A stretch of DNA of 61,498 nucleotides from a virus (Duplodnaviria; Caudoviricetes). A program made the position numbers and the translations under genes. Under the pieces are notes generated by a model. The model was not told the origin of the DNA, ran no database searches, and was given only the letters and a program-made list of their open reading frames with translations. The DNA lies in IMG/VR virus record IMGVR_UViG_3300042695_000123, positions 1 to 61,498 of that record, one strand, 5' to 3'. This document shows positions 22,264 to 30,787 of the stretch, piece after piece. Every line of letters starts with the position of its first letter. The stretch's first letter is position 1.

Positions 22264-22537
22264 GATGACCCCGCTCAAAGAGCCATCCAATGGTTCTTCG
22301 GTGGGCTTCATCCCAAGCTTTAAACTTGGCATCCTTCGTCCATTCATAGCCCTGATCAATCTTGGCGTGGCATGTGTAGCACAGTGCCGCGATTCTGTAG
22401 TCGTGGGCTTTGATGCCCATTCCCTTGCCGTCGCGCTGTTGATTGGAATGTGCGGCAACCACCGTGCCATCCTGTGCCCCGCACATCTGACAGGGTGATT
22501 CCCGCACAAGGTCAAGCAGTTTCCTATTTCGGTACAT
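22250..22537 (-). CDS. Zn-binding HNH-like nuclease (DUF1364/YbcO-like)
   Basis: CQMC, VVAAHSN, GKGMGIKAHD, CYTCH. Confidence 0.7.
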   Translation of the reverse strand: MYRNRKLLDLVRESPCQMCGAQDGTVVAAHSNQQRDGKGMGIKAHDYRIAALCYTCHAKIDQGYEWTKDAKFKAWDEAHRRTIGWLFERGHLTLR

Positions 22538-22736
22538 CTTGCTCAGACAGAAATTGGATGTAGTTGGCTATCTCTTTACCGGTGTAATCGATGTCGCCAT
22601 AAGCTGCAAATCTCTTTGCTAGTCGTTTAAACACAGCCTGCTGGGCTGCCTGCCAAACTTCGTAGCTCCATCCCTCGTCGTCTTCAAAGGCGCGGCTGCC
22701 AACAAAATCGCAGTATTCTTGTTTACACGCATTCAT
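22524..22736 (-). CDS. Hypothetical phage protein
   Basis: Coupled to neighbours in the operon. Confidence 0.6.
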   Translation of the reverse strand: MNACKQEYCDFVGSRAFEDDEGWSYEVWQAAQQAVFKRLAKRFAAYGDIDYTGKEIANYIQFLSEQDVPK

Positions 22737-22963
22737 AGCAGCGCCTGAAACTCTGCCAGCTTTTGAGCGTAATGACGGGCTTTCTCGCTATCGTGAGAAC
22801 CCTCCTTATGCCCTTGCCGCATAGCGTATTTAATGATGTTGCCTTTGAGGAATCCTACAAATTCCTCAGGCGTTAGTACTGCCTCCATCACAGACCATGG
22901 TTGCATCTCCATGTCTTTGTAATGGCGGCCATCTATTTGGTAATCATCTGCTCTTTGAATCAT
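22733..22963 (-). CDS. DUF3310 (T7 gp1.7/SaV-like) protein
   Basis: QIDGRHYK, GFLKGNIIKYAMR, DSEKARHY. Confidence 0.8.
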   Translation of the reverse strand: MIQRADDYQIDGRHYKDMEMQPWSVMEAVLTPEEFVGFLKGNIIKYAMRQGHKEGSHDSEKARHYAQKLAEFQALL

Positions 22964-23132
22964 CTGGTTCCTTTAGCTTTAACATGTAGTAGGGGGTTGA
23001 AAACTTTGCTTTCTTCTTGACCATGGTACGTAGCCACTCTGCCCCGCCAAGATCTTGAAACATCAACCACTCAAGATCAGACATCCTAATCTGACGACCC
23101 TTCAGGGGCATAGGAGGTTTAGGTCTTGGCAT
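22944..23132 (-). CDS. Small putative DNA-binding protein (RHH-like)
   Basis: RQIRMSDLEW...LGGAEWLR. Confidence 0.5.
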   Translation of the reverse strand: MPRPKPPMPLKGRQIRMSDLEWLMFQDLGGAEWLRTMVKKKAKFSTPYYMLKLKEPDDSKSR

Positions 23133-23307
23133 TCTTTGGCCTCCGTGTAGCCCTGTGTGCCCAACAAGAAGCGCAGTACCATTTGTTAGGACTCATCTGA
23201 ATCCCACCTTCTGGTGCTTTTGTTTCTTCGCAGCGGGCGCAGTGTTTAAACTGATGTATCGGCTGCTTGCTACCAATTTCTAACTGCTGTTTGGCAAAGC
23301 CATTCAT
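23119..23307 (-). CDS. Small zinc-finger protein
   Basis: CARC...CASC. Confidence 0.6.
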   Translation of the reverse strand: MNGFAKQQLEIGSKQPIHQFKHCARCEETKAPEGGIQMSPNKWYCASCWAHRATRRPKNAKT

Positions 23308-23537
23308 CGCTTTAAACTCCGTACATATATGGCAAAACTTGCCGTGGTGTCGCCACCGTTAGTCATCTTGTCAAATTCTTTAGCCACCTCTTCTAAGACT
23401 GCATTACGCTGAGAAGGGGATACAAAAACATCGTAGTGGTATGGCTGACCAAGATCACGCAGTATCTGCTTGCCAAGGTTGCTGTGCTTCTCTACCTCGT
23501 TAAAGGCTTCGTCTTCTTCGCTTGTCCAGTCAGTCAT
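23304..23537 (-). CDS. Hypothetical phage protein
   Basis: RNAVLEEVA motif; ATGA coupling. Confidence 0.65.
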   Translation of the reverse strand: MTDWTSEEDEAFNEVEKHSNLGKQILRDLGQPYHYDVFVSPSQRNAVLEEVAKEFDKMTNGGDTTASFAIYVRSLKR

Positions 23538-23866
23538 GCTTGTCCCCTTGCTCGGATGATGTTGGCGCAGTCAGATGGTGTCGGCCATTTCTCGTCGGGT
23601 ACAAGAAGTTTTTCGCACTGCTCCTCAAGCGAATCACACACCCTTGCACACGCCTCACGCTCGGCTAAACGCCCTGCTTTCATGCCTTCTTGGTACGACA
23701 TGAAATTGCTTGGGTCAATGTTAGAAAGCGTGTGCTGTGCTACTAGCTTGGCAAATCGTTCCATTACATCTACCACAGTCAAAGTTGGCGGCTCAGTAAC
23801 AAAACCAATCGGGGTGACAATGGCCCCAGAATTCCGCAACATCTTAATGATTTCATCTTGTGTCAT
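23534..23866 (-). CDS. EREACA...IRARGQA family protein (copy 1)
   Basis: Shares termini with 29294-29557 and 23863-24195. Confidence 0.7.
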   Translation of the reverse strand: MTQDEIIKMLRNSGAIVTPIGFVTEPPTLTVVDVMERFAKLVAQHTLSNIDPSNFMSYQEGMKAGRLAEREACARVCDSLEEQCEKLLVPDEKWPTPSDCANIIRARGQA

Positions 23867-24195
23867 GCTTGCCCCCTTGCTCGAATGGCTTCGGCACAGG
23901 CTTCAGCCAAGTTGTATGGCGTTCCATCATTTGTCTGCTCACACACCTTTGCACACGCCTCACGCTCGGTTAGGACTGCGTCATCAAGGCGCTGTTTAAA
24001 CGCCCCAAGAACCCAGTCCACAAATACCTTGCCGCTTTCAGAGAGTTCGCCTTCAAAGTGCATTTTTCCATCGTTGAAGTCAAACGTGCCAATTTGTTTG
24101 CCTCCATTGTGAAAGCTCAACATGTAGTTTGGCTTAGACGCTGTAAAGCTAAATTGACTTGTTGGGTAGTTAATTTCAGTAGATTCTTGTGTCAT
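23863..24195 (-). CDS. EREACA...IRARGQA family protein (copy 2)
   Basis: Start reassigned to ATG 24195 (ATGA overlap). Confidence 0.7.
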   Translation of the reverse strand: MTQESTEINYPTSQFSFTASKPNYMLSFHNGGKQIGTFDFNDGKMHFEGELSESGKVFVDWVLGAFKQRLDDAVLTEREACAKVCEQTNDGTPYNLAEACAEAIRARGQA

Positions 24196-24425
24196 TCTTC
24201 CCTCGCTTTCAGCATTGCGTCTGCAACTGCATAAGAATCTAAACAAACATCTTCAATTTTTATTTGCTCACGCGCAAGGGCAATAAGATTTTCACGTATT
24301 GATAACTGCCCTTGCATAGCTTTAGCCGCAAAGTAGTCACGCAAGGTCATGCCGGTGTTGTAAATGGTTGACGGGTGACTAAAATGTTCTGTGTTTATCT
24401 TTGTTGGAAATGCTGGTTGATTCAT
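24192..24425 (-). CDS. Conserved small phage protein (PAFP...GMTLRDYFAAKAMQ family)
   Basis: Widespread phage motif; SD GGAGG before ATG 24425. Confidence 0.75.
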   Translation of the reverse strand: MNQPAFPTKINTEHFSHPSTIYNTGMTLRDYFAAKAMQGQLSIRENLIALAREQIKIEDVCLDSYAVADAMLKAREE

Positions 24426-24604
24426 ACTTCCTCCTGTAGTGATATTGGAATATAAAAGCAAGCTTTACTCTTGCTGTCTTGTACATTGACTACGCCGTTG
24501 CCGCGAGTCTGCTCAGGGTGATTAATCCACCGCTTACAGTTCTCGCACTTGTCGTTGTAAACCACTGGTTTACACCTTGTGTATTCATGCGATAGGGGTG
24601 TCAT
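24422..24604 (-). CDS. Small Cys-containing protein
   Basis: C...CENC...C; coupled to next gene. Confidence 0.55.
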   Translation of the reverse strand: MTPLSHEYTRCKPVVYNDKCENCKRWINHPEQTRGNGVVNVQDSKSKACFYIPISLQEEV

Positions 24605-24612
24605 GGTGTACC

Positions 24613-24819
24613 TTATTTGTTTAATTCGGTCAACATTTCGTCCGTCAGTTCTCTCACTCGCAGCAACGCGGATTCCATGTCTGCCTTGTGTTTAAACTCT
24701 CGTGTAATGGCCAGCTTGATGTTGGCCAGTGTTGCGTACATATCTGCACCCTTCACGGCAAACATCAGCTTGTGCTCATCCTCTGGATAGTCAAACTCCA
24801 GTATGGCTTTTGACTTCAT
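24613..24819 (-). CDS. Hypothetical phage protein
   Basis: MKSKAILEFDYPED start, ATGA coupling. Confidence 0.65.
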   Translation of the reverse strand: MKSKAILEFDYPEDEHKLMFAVKGADMYATLANIKLAITREFKHKADMESALLRVRELTDEMLTELNK

Positions 24820-25019
24820 GGTGTGTAAACATTCATAAATAAAACCAGAGCCGCTATAGCCAGACAGCAGATGCAAGTCCAGATTAAGTTCTCGTCATAT
24901 TGTGAATCACCCAACAGCGCAGATTGAATCCACAGTTCTTCAGGTGTAGGCACAGGAGGCGGTGGTATATACATGCACCCGATGGATACTTTGCCAGTGT
25001 TATATGGTGTGGTTTTCAT
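24816..25019 (-). CDS. Small membrane protein
   Basis: TPYNTGKVSIGC plus C-terminal TM. Confidence 0.6.
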   Translation of the reverse strand: MKTTPYNTGKVSIGCMYIPPPPVPTPEELWIQSALLGDSQYDENLIWTCICCLAIAALVLFMNVYTP

Positions 25020-25254
25020 AAGTCTCTTTCTTACGTTCACGTCTAAGCCAAAAGCCCCTCTTGTTCTTAACCATCTTCTTGGCTAACATTTCTGCGGGGG
25101 TGGCACAGCGTCTGTCCTTGCCGTGTTCTCCAATGCGGTGCATGTCAAACGACTCGTTGCTAGAGAAGTATTCATCACATCCACTGCATTGGTTTCTTGT
25201 TCCGCTAAGTTTCACTTGGAACCTCCAATCTGCGTTCGACTGCAAGCTCTTCAA
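25000..25254 (-). CDS. FDxHR-type zinc-binding phage protein (start uncertain)
   Basis: CSGC...FDMHR...RRC. Confidence 0.7.
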   Translation of the reverse strand: MKSLQSNADWRFQVKLSGTRNQCSGCDEYFSSNESFDMHRIGEHGKDRRCATPAEMLAKKMVKNKRGFWLRRERKKETYENHTI

Positions 25255-25513
25255 TGATCAGTTCAGCAAATGATTTACCTGACGGGAATCTCATCTTGGC
25301 CGCATTGTTCTTATTGACAACGTCAATGGCCTTCTCAAGCCCCGCATTGAAGCCTGAGGTGTATGGATCTCCGACCGACAGGCGACTGTCAATCGCCTCC
25401 CGAATCATTTGAGCCATCGTGATCTTCTTAAGCTTGGCAAACTTCTTCATGCGTATGTGCTCGTCTTCGGAGACATACGTCATGAACGGTTTAAACTTCT
25501 TAAAATGGGTCAT
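25205..25513 (-). CDS. Ribbon-helix-helix (CopG-like) protein
   Basis: FMTYVSEDEHIRMKKFA...ITMAQMIREAID. Confidence 0.6.
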   Translation of the reverse strand: MTHFKKFKPFMTYVSEDEHIRMKKFAKLKKITMAQMIREAIDSRLSVGDPYTSGFNAGLEKAIDVVNKNNAAKMRFPSGKSFAELIIEELAVERRLEVPSET

Positions 25514-25892
25514 CGATTACTTTCGTTTTTTCGTATGCATTAACTAAGGCATCAAACTTAGCCTTGGCCGGTACGTTGCCATGAAGCTCGGTGCGGGACT
25601 CAATGCCACAGCGTTTACACAACATATGTGTAGCGTCTGTCTCGTTGTCGCACGACAGGAAATCTTGGAAGTCAGGATCACGGCAAAGCATTCCGGCCTT
25701 TTGAACTCGGTTGTCATATGGCGTGGGTGACTCATCATCTTGGATGCGAACCACCGCACAGGCATATCTCGCCCCAACAAAGTCACGCAGAATCTCTTCC
25801 GGTACTTCGTCAGGGTGCAGAGAGAGCGTCAAGATAAAACCAGTGCGGTCTTGCTTGAGCGCTACCTTACGGGCTTCAAACTGTAGTGCCAT
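25500..25892 (-). CDS. Conserved hypothetical phage protein
   Basis: AGMLCRDPDFQ...CGIESRTEL. Confidence 0.65.
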   Translation of the reverse strand: MALQFEARKVALKQDRTGFILTLSLHPDEVPEEILRDFVGARYACAVVRIQDDESPTPYDNRVQKAGMLCRDPDFQDFLSCDNETDATHMLCKRCGIESRTELHGNVPAKAKFDALVNAYEKTKVIDDPF

Positions 25893-26244
25893 CTTTTTCT
25901 TTGATACCAAGGCGTGACTCAAGGTAAGAGATGATGTACTCAAGGCCTGAGTGGTGAAGCTTTAGTTCTCGGTTGTGCTTGAAGCAATCATTGGCTCGAC
26001 GCTCTTGAAACTCAGCCGCATTTTTCCACTGTTCTAATTCTTTGTTTAAACGAGTAATCTCTTTACGCAGCACCTCTTGACCGGCAGTTGGTGTAGCTAC
26101 CGGCTTGTCCTGTTTGACTTTTACTTTATGTAGTACTTGGTACACATAAGCAACCGTTGCATTACACGCATCCGCAATTTTGTTGAGGGGCGCAGAAGGA
26201 TTGGCTTCTTTAAACTCTCGTATTTGTTTTGCTTTGTTAATCAT
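25876..26244 (-). CDS. HTH plus coiled-coil protein
   Basis: LNKIADACNATVAYVYQV; SD GAGGAG. Confidence 0.6.
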   Translation of the reverse strand: MINKAKQIREFKEANPSAPLNKIADACNATVAYVYQVLHKVKVKQDKPVATPTAGQEVLRKEITRLNKELEQWKNAAEFQERRANDCFKHNRELKLHHSGLEYIISYLESRLGIKEKDGTTV

Positions 26245-26253
26245 GTTCTCTCC

Positions 26254-26553
26254 TCAAAAAGGAATATCTTTATCGTCAGCGGGGAAGTCTTGTGCTTGGT
26301 TCTCGTAGCGAGTACCGCCTTGTTGTTGGGGGACGAATCGGTTCACAGCCAAAGACAGATACGTCTTGCCGTTCTTACCAATCTTCTTCCAACCGGAGAG
26401 CTTGACGTAGGTCAGGCCGTTCTCGGTCTTGATGCCTGTCAGATCCTTTAGATTGATGGCAATCGTTCCGGAGTAGTCGGGAGACTTGGGGTTCTTCTTG
26501 CTAGTCTCTGCGAACAGAGAGCCAGTGTCGGGGCGTGTTTCAAAATCACTCAT
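26254..26553 (-). CDS. Single-stranded DNA-binding protein (DUF736-like)
   Basis: GSLF, PDYSG, LSGW, YLSL, acidic DIPF tail. Confidence 0.7.
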   Translation of the reverse strand: MSDFETRPDTGSLFAETSKKNPKSPDYSGTIAINLKDLTGIKTENGLTYVKLSGWKKIGKNGKTYLSLAVNRFVPQQQGGTRYENQAQDFPADDKDIPF

Positions 26554-27236
26554 TTCTTTTCCTCAGTTAGTTGTAGCTTCAATGTCTTGAAGCGGGTTAA
26601 AACCTCTTCGTACAAAGAGGGGTGCGTGACCTTCAGCGAATCAAGCTGAAGCTCATTGCTCTTCCAGTAGCTGTTTAAACCTGCTACGGTGGTGCAGTGG
26701 GATGTATACTCAATCATTCCGTCTGCGAACAACTTACGGCTCTCGTCAGAGTTGTCCCATTCAGTGGGTTGCGCCTTCTTAGGCGCGGTCTTAGTCAAGA
26801 TCTTCTCGTACTTCGGCCCATCTTCCTTTTTAGTCAGTTCGCCCATGGTGGTAGGGGCATCGTCTGACTGCGGCAAATCATCACCGCTATAGATGTACAG
26901 GCCAAGGCCGTGGAGGGCTAAAGCTTTGGTCATGCATCGCATGATGGCCGTGTTGACTTGGAAAGCGTCAGGGCTTTGGATAGGTTGGTTACGGTGGTTC
27001 ATCACAGGCAACATGCATGTACGGCCTTGGCCAAACATGGTGACGGTGACCCATACCATGCCTGTGCCGTTTACATCCATGTAAGGTTTGTCAGCAAACG
27101 TGTGGACAATGAATGACGCAGTGGAGTCAGCCTTGAGAGCCTCAGCCCATGCCCACGCCCACGACAGGTACGTTAAGCCATTCTTCTTCTCGGTGTGCTC
27201 GTTGACGTTGAGCTTCAATAAATCATGCGGGGACAT
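26550..27236 (-). CDS. Sak / Rad52-like single-strand annealing protein (DUF1071)
   Basis: LTYLSWAWAW, RCMTKALALHGLGLYIYSGDDLP. Confidence 0.85.
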   Translation of the reverse strand: MSPHDLLKLNVNEHTEKKNGLTYLSWAWAWAEALKADSTASFIVHTFADKPYMDVNGTGMVWVTVTMFGQGRTCMLPVMNHRNQPIQSPDAFQVNTAIMRCMTKALALHGLGLYIYSGDDLPQSDDAPTTMGELTKKEDGPKYEKILTKTAPKKAQPTEWDNSDESRKLFADGMIEYTSHCTTVAGLNSYWKSNELQLDSLKVTHPSLYEEVLTRFKTLKLQLTEEKK

Positions 27237-28089
27237 TGATCTCTCCTTGGTACTGTTTACACCACTTGCTGACTCCACAGAAATCTCCTGTGCATCGCTT
27301 GGGTTCGCCTTTGCGGATTTCGACATAGCCTTTTTCCTTTTCTGCCAACTCGGTGGCTTCTTCTAAAGTTTTAAATACTCTGATCGCAGTCTTGCGACCC
27401 TCCCTCTTCGTTGCGTAAGTTGTTTCACTCATCCAACGTTCTTCATCGGTGCAAGCCTGTAGCTCCTCACCAAACTCATGGTGCACCTTGGCATTGCGGT
27501 GCATCTCTAAGCGCTTACGCACATAGGCCTCTGTGGTTACAGAGTCCCACATGGGTATGTCTAGCATCACGGCCTCGGCTTCGGGATAGCCTTCTGAGGT
27601 GTCGTGGGCTGAGTAGTCCTTGATAATCGCGCAGATCTGTAAGCCTTTGACTGGCACACGCTTGACAGACTCCACTAGCCACTTGTAAATGTTCAACTGC
27701 GTTGTCCAGTCATCCTTGCCTTGCTTGACCGACCACGCCTTAACAAACTTGTAATCGATGATTACAACTCCGCCATCTACGTGTTGTTGTAGGTCAATCG
27801 CACCGCTGATCACAACGCCATCGATCTCAGTAAAGATGCGTTCCTCGTTGGTGTAGCCCTCAACTTCTTTGGCCTCAAGCTTGCCGTGCATGAATGTTCC
27901 AAGCTGAGAGGCAATCATTTTGGTAACGTCAATCTCCATGTCAGCATCGTACTGTTCGCGTAACCTTCTGATCTTTGGTGGCGACATTAACTCAGTCACG
28001 CTATACTGTGAAGCACCCTTGCTGTAGTAGTTACGTGAGAGCAAAGCCACTAACGGTGCGGGTAGATTCTGTTTGTTCGTTATCTTCAT
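27223..28089 (-). CDS. PD-(D/E)xK (Cas4-like) exonuclease
   Basis: GTFMH, E, ISGAID, IIDYK, QLNIY, C-terminal cysteines; adjacent to Sak. Confidence 0.8.
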   Translation of the reverse strand: MKITNKQNLPAPLVALLSRNYYSKGASQYSVTELMSPPKIRRLREQYDADMEIDVTKMIASQLGTFMHGKLEAKEVEGYTNEERIFTEIDGVVISGAIDLQQHVDGGVVIIDYKFVKAWSVKQGKDDWTTQLNIYKWLVESVKRVPVKGLQICAIIKDYSAHDTSEGYPEAEAVMLDIPMWDSVTTEAYVRKRLEMHRNAKVHHEFGEELQACTDEERWMSETTYATKREGRKTAIRVFKTLEEATELAEKEKGYVEIRKGEPKRCTGDFCGVSKWCKQYQGEINVPA

Positions 28090-28108
28090 CTTCTCTCCAA
28101 GGTTGTTT

Positions 28109-28603
28109 ATGAATCCGAATCTCAATAATAGTGATGTTACATCAGAATTGCAAGTGCTATTACAAATTATTTTTGGTGAGCCAGCTTCGAAAGCAAATTC
28201 GAGGAGGGTTGTTCGCTTCGGTGGTATGTCTAGACTGATTAAGTCTAAGAAAGCATTAACTTACGCTGATGTTTTTAGGCAACAGTGCAAGCCGTTATCT
28301 ACACTAATGACAGGGGACTTGCGAATTACTCTGCATATTTTTTATGCATCACGCAGACCCGACTTGGATGAGAGCCTGATCCTAGACCTGATGCAAGGCC
28401 TTATATATGAGAACGATCGTCAGGTTAAAGAGAGACATTGTTACTGGGGGCTTGACCCTGACAACCCTCGTACAGAGATGATCATTGAGAAGATCCCTGA
28501 GGTAGCGCCCAAAAAAAACCCCGCCAAGCGAACCGGACGGGGTAAACCCAACATAGCAACTGCGGGGAGGAGAGTAGAAAAACAATCTACGCCTCCATTG
28601 TAA
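28109..28603 (+). CDS. RusA-like Holliday junction resolvase
   Basis: PASKANSRR, RRPDLD, ILDLMQG..YENDRQV. Confidence 0.8.
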   Translation: MNPNLNNSDVTSELQVLLQIIFGEPASKANSRRVVRFGGMSRLIKSKKALTYADVFRQQCKPLSTLMTGDLRITLHIFYASRRPDLDESLILDLMQGLIYENDRQVKERHCYWGLDPDNPRTEMIIEKIPEVAPKKNPAKRTGRGKPNIATAGRRVEKQSTPPL

Positions 28604-28730
28604 ATAGTTTCGTCAGTTTTGTCAGCCCCGTTTTCGGCCTTTCCGGAGAATTTCGGCTGCCCCGGTTTGCTGGTTGATGTTTAAACGTACCAAAATGCTT
28701 CGCCGGGTTGAGCTTTTTCTGTTTAAACGC

Positions 28731-28772
28731 ACCCGCCGAGACGTACCTAAAACCCGCCAAGACGTACCTTAA
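28731..28772. repeat. 21-bp tandem direct repeat upstream of a promoter
   Basis: ACCCGCCGAGACGTACCTAAA / ACCCGCCAAGACGTACCTTAA. Confidence 0.75.
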
Positions 28773-28791
28773 AAAATATTTTTGATACCGC

Positions 28792-28822
28792 TTGACACAA
28801 CCTGAAAAGATGTGCTTATAAT
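28792..28822 (+). promoter_or_regulatory. Sigma70-like promoter with 19-bp spacer
   Basis: TTGACA 28792-28797 and TATAAT 28817-28822. Confidence 0.6.
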
Positions 28823-28828
28823 TAAATC

Positions 28829-28927
28829 GTTGCCGTGAGAAGCGACAGATTGAAGCCACTTAATTCTACTCTCGCCCTTGGTTTTTGCCGCAGGGTTCTC
28901 ACCGAGGGTAGAGCTAAGTGGCTTTTT
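28829..28927 (+). ncRNA. Structured leader/attenuator with loop-bulge complementarity
   Basis: Loop GTGAGAA 28835-28841 complementary to bulge TTCTCAC 28896-28902 within stem AAGCCACTTA/TAAGTGGCTT, followed by a T-run. Confidence 0.55.
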
Positions 28928-28935
28928 CTGTTTTT

Positions 28936-29021
28936 GAGACTGGGACTGTGCAATGGGTTAGCGCCATTGTGACTTCCTTTCGTTTTGAAACACACTGCTT
29001 TATGTGAGCAGTTCTAGTCTC
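28936..29021 (+). ncRNA. Multibranched (cloverleaf-like) small RNA
   Basis: 13-bp closing stem GAGACTGGGACTG/CAGTTCTAGTCTC enclosing three hairpins. Confidence 0.5.
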
Positions 29022-29089
29022 ACCCCTCCTACGACAACCGTACTCCAGACGTTACTAAGGGGTAGAAATCTGCCTGCGTGGAAGCAAAG

Positions 29090-29277
29090 GGTTACGTGGT
29101 ATGCCGTAAGGCTAGGGGGCAGTTCCCGAACAATCCACGGTGCTGGTCGAATCTGCAAGCATAGGGGTCAGCTAACGCTGACATGCAGAAGCCGAAAGGC
29201 GGTGAAACCATCCCTCTCTACTCCTTGGGGTAGGGGGGTCTATGGGTGAAAATAAGCACAAGCCCCGCAAAGGGGCG
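29090..29277 (+). ncRNA. Putative structured RNA with GNRA hairpins
   Basis: GCC-GTAA-GGC, GTCAGC-TAAC-GCTGAC, GCC-GAAA-GGC, CGTGG/CCACG, TCTGCA/TGCAGA. Confidence 0.45.
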
Positions 29278-29293
29278 TTAACAGGAGAGAGTA

Positions 29294-29557
29294 ATGACAC
29301 AAGATGAAATCATTGAGATGGGAATAAAGGCCGATCTTTGCGATGAGCACGGGACGATTAACTTGGAGTACGGCTACCTTAACGAGATCATTGCATTTGC
29401 CAAGCTAGTAGCACAGCATGAGCGTGAGGCGTGTGCCGAAGTTTGTAAGAAACACGCTGATGTTTATGCGGGGCTTGAGCAAAACCCAACAACGCAGTCG
29501 GCATGGGCGGCTTGTATTGATAACCGTGATGCCATCCGAGCAAGGGGACAAGCATGA
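29294..29557 (+). CDS. EREACA...IRARGQA family protein (copy 3)
   Basis: SD AGGAG; MTQDEII start shared with 23534-23866. Confidence 0.7.
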   Translation: MTQDEIIEMGIKADLCDEHGTINLEYGYLNEIIAFAKLVAQHEREACAEVCKKHADVYAGLEQNPTTQSAWAACIDNRDAIRARGQA

Positions 29558-29817
29558 GCAAAGGTTTGCTTGACGACATACCAATCTACAACAAAGCCCG
29601 CGACGAGGCATGGGGAGCGTTCATCAAACGCAAGGATGTGAAGCACCTAGTCAAGCATGGCTTATTTGACAAAGGCTTTCCCTTGTACGGGGGTTACTAC
29701 GAACTGTGGTGTCAGGCATGGGATCGTGCATGGACTGCGGGGTTTACAGATGGTTACGATTCTGGATGGGCATCATGCGACTTGCTAACAAAAAAAATTA
29801 AGCGGAAGAAAACATGA
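29554..29817 (+). CDS. Hypothetical phage protein
   Basis: ATGA coupling. Confidence 0.6.
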   Translation: MSKGLLDDIPIYNKARDEAWGAFIKRKDVKHLVKHGLFDKGFPLYGGYYELWCQAWDRAWTAGFTDGYDSGWASCDLLTKKIKRKKT

Positions 29818-30017
29818 AGCAACGTGTTTACACGATCGGTGTCGGTGATCAGGTCAGACTGATCCGTGCATCCAACCGCAGACAAGCGATAGCGCATGTG
29901 TCATTAGGGATTATGACAATACGAGTCGCCACACAAGAAGACATAATTAATCAACTAGACAAAGGAGTACCTATCGAGAACTACACAGCACCAGAACAAA
30001 TTGAATTGGATATTTAA
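29814..30017 (+). CDS. Hypothetical phage protein
   Basis: RLIRASNRRQAIAHV; ATGA coupling. Confidence 0.65.
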   Translation: MKQRVYTIGVGDQVRLIRASNRRQAIAHVSLGIMTIRVATQEDIINQLDKGVPIENYTAPEQIELDI

Positions 30018-30050
30018 ACAACACAACTAGATACTTAAACGGAGAGAAAA

Positions 30051-30527
30051 ATGGATCTTGCACAACTGCGGTCTAATTGGGAACATACAAAACAAAATGA
30101 CGGAGGCCATTGCCCTGTCTGCGATCGGTGGGGAAAGATATACCCACGTGGTATCAACCGAACAATGGCGAGGTCATTGATATGGTTGGCCTCTAGAAGC
30201 GAGGCCGGTAACTGGGTGGACGTACCCAACACCGCACCCGCATGGGTGCTACGCTCAAATCAACTGCCCACGCTCAGGTGGTGGGACTTGGTGGAGCGCA
30301 ATGACTCAGAGAAAAGCCCTGAGAATAAACACTCCGGAATGTGGAGGGCAACGGAGTACGGAAAACAGTTTGCGGCTAACAAAATATCAGCCCCAAGCAA
30401 GGTGTTTACATACAATGGTGAGGTGGTCGCCAAAAGCACAAGCCTGTGCAACATCGTCTCTTGCTTTGAGTTCGATTTTGACTACCATGAGGTTTTCAAT
30501 TCGTTCACCAACTACGATACAAAGTAA
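30051..30527 (+). CDS. Hypothetical protein, CxxC plus possible winged helix
   Basis: CPVC, LRWWDLVE, GMWRATEYG; SD GGAG. Confidence 0.65.
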   Translation: MDLAQLRSNWEHTKQNDGGHCPVCDRWGKIYPRGINRTMARSLIWLASRSEAGNWVDVPNTAPAWVLRSNQLPTLRWWDLVERNDSEKSPENKHSGMWRATEYGKQFAANKISAPSKVFTYNGEVVAKSTSLCNIVSCFEFDFDYHEVFNSFTNYDTK

Positions 30528-30535
30528 GGACTACC

Positions 30536-30787
30536 ATGCCACGCAATTACAAACAAGAGTACGAAAACTACGACGGCACTGAGGCGGTCAAGAAGAAACG
30601 AGCGCAGAGAAACAAAGCACGCAGAATGCTTGAAGCAACAGGCGCAGTGCATAAGGGAGATGGCAAAGACGTTGACCACAAAAAACCCCTGAGCAAGGGG
30701 GGGACTACGGTCATCAGCAATCTGCGTGCAAAACCGGCGGCTGCCAACCGTTCGTTTAAACGCACATCGTCGGGTGCTATGAAATGA
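30536..30787 (+). CDS. Small HNH protein
   Basis: DVDHKKPLSKGG...SNLR...NRS. Confidence 0.8.
   Translation: MPRNYKQEYENYDGTEAVKKKRAQRNKARRMLEATGAVHKGDGKDVDHKKPLSKGGTTVISNLRAKPAAANRSFKRTSSGAMK

Noticed and set aside
27223-28089. CRISPR-Cas system from the Cas4-like nuclease
   Set aside because: No other cas genes or array; context is a Sak/SSB recombination module.
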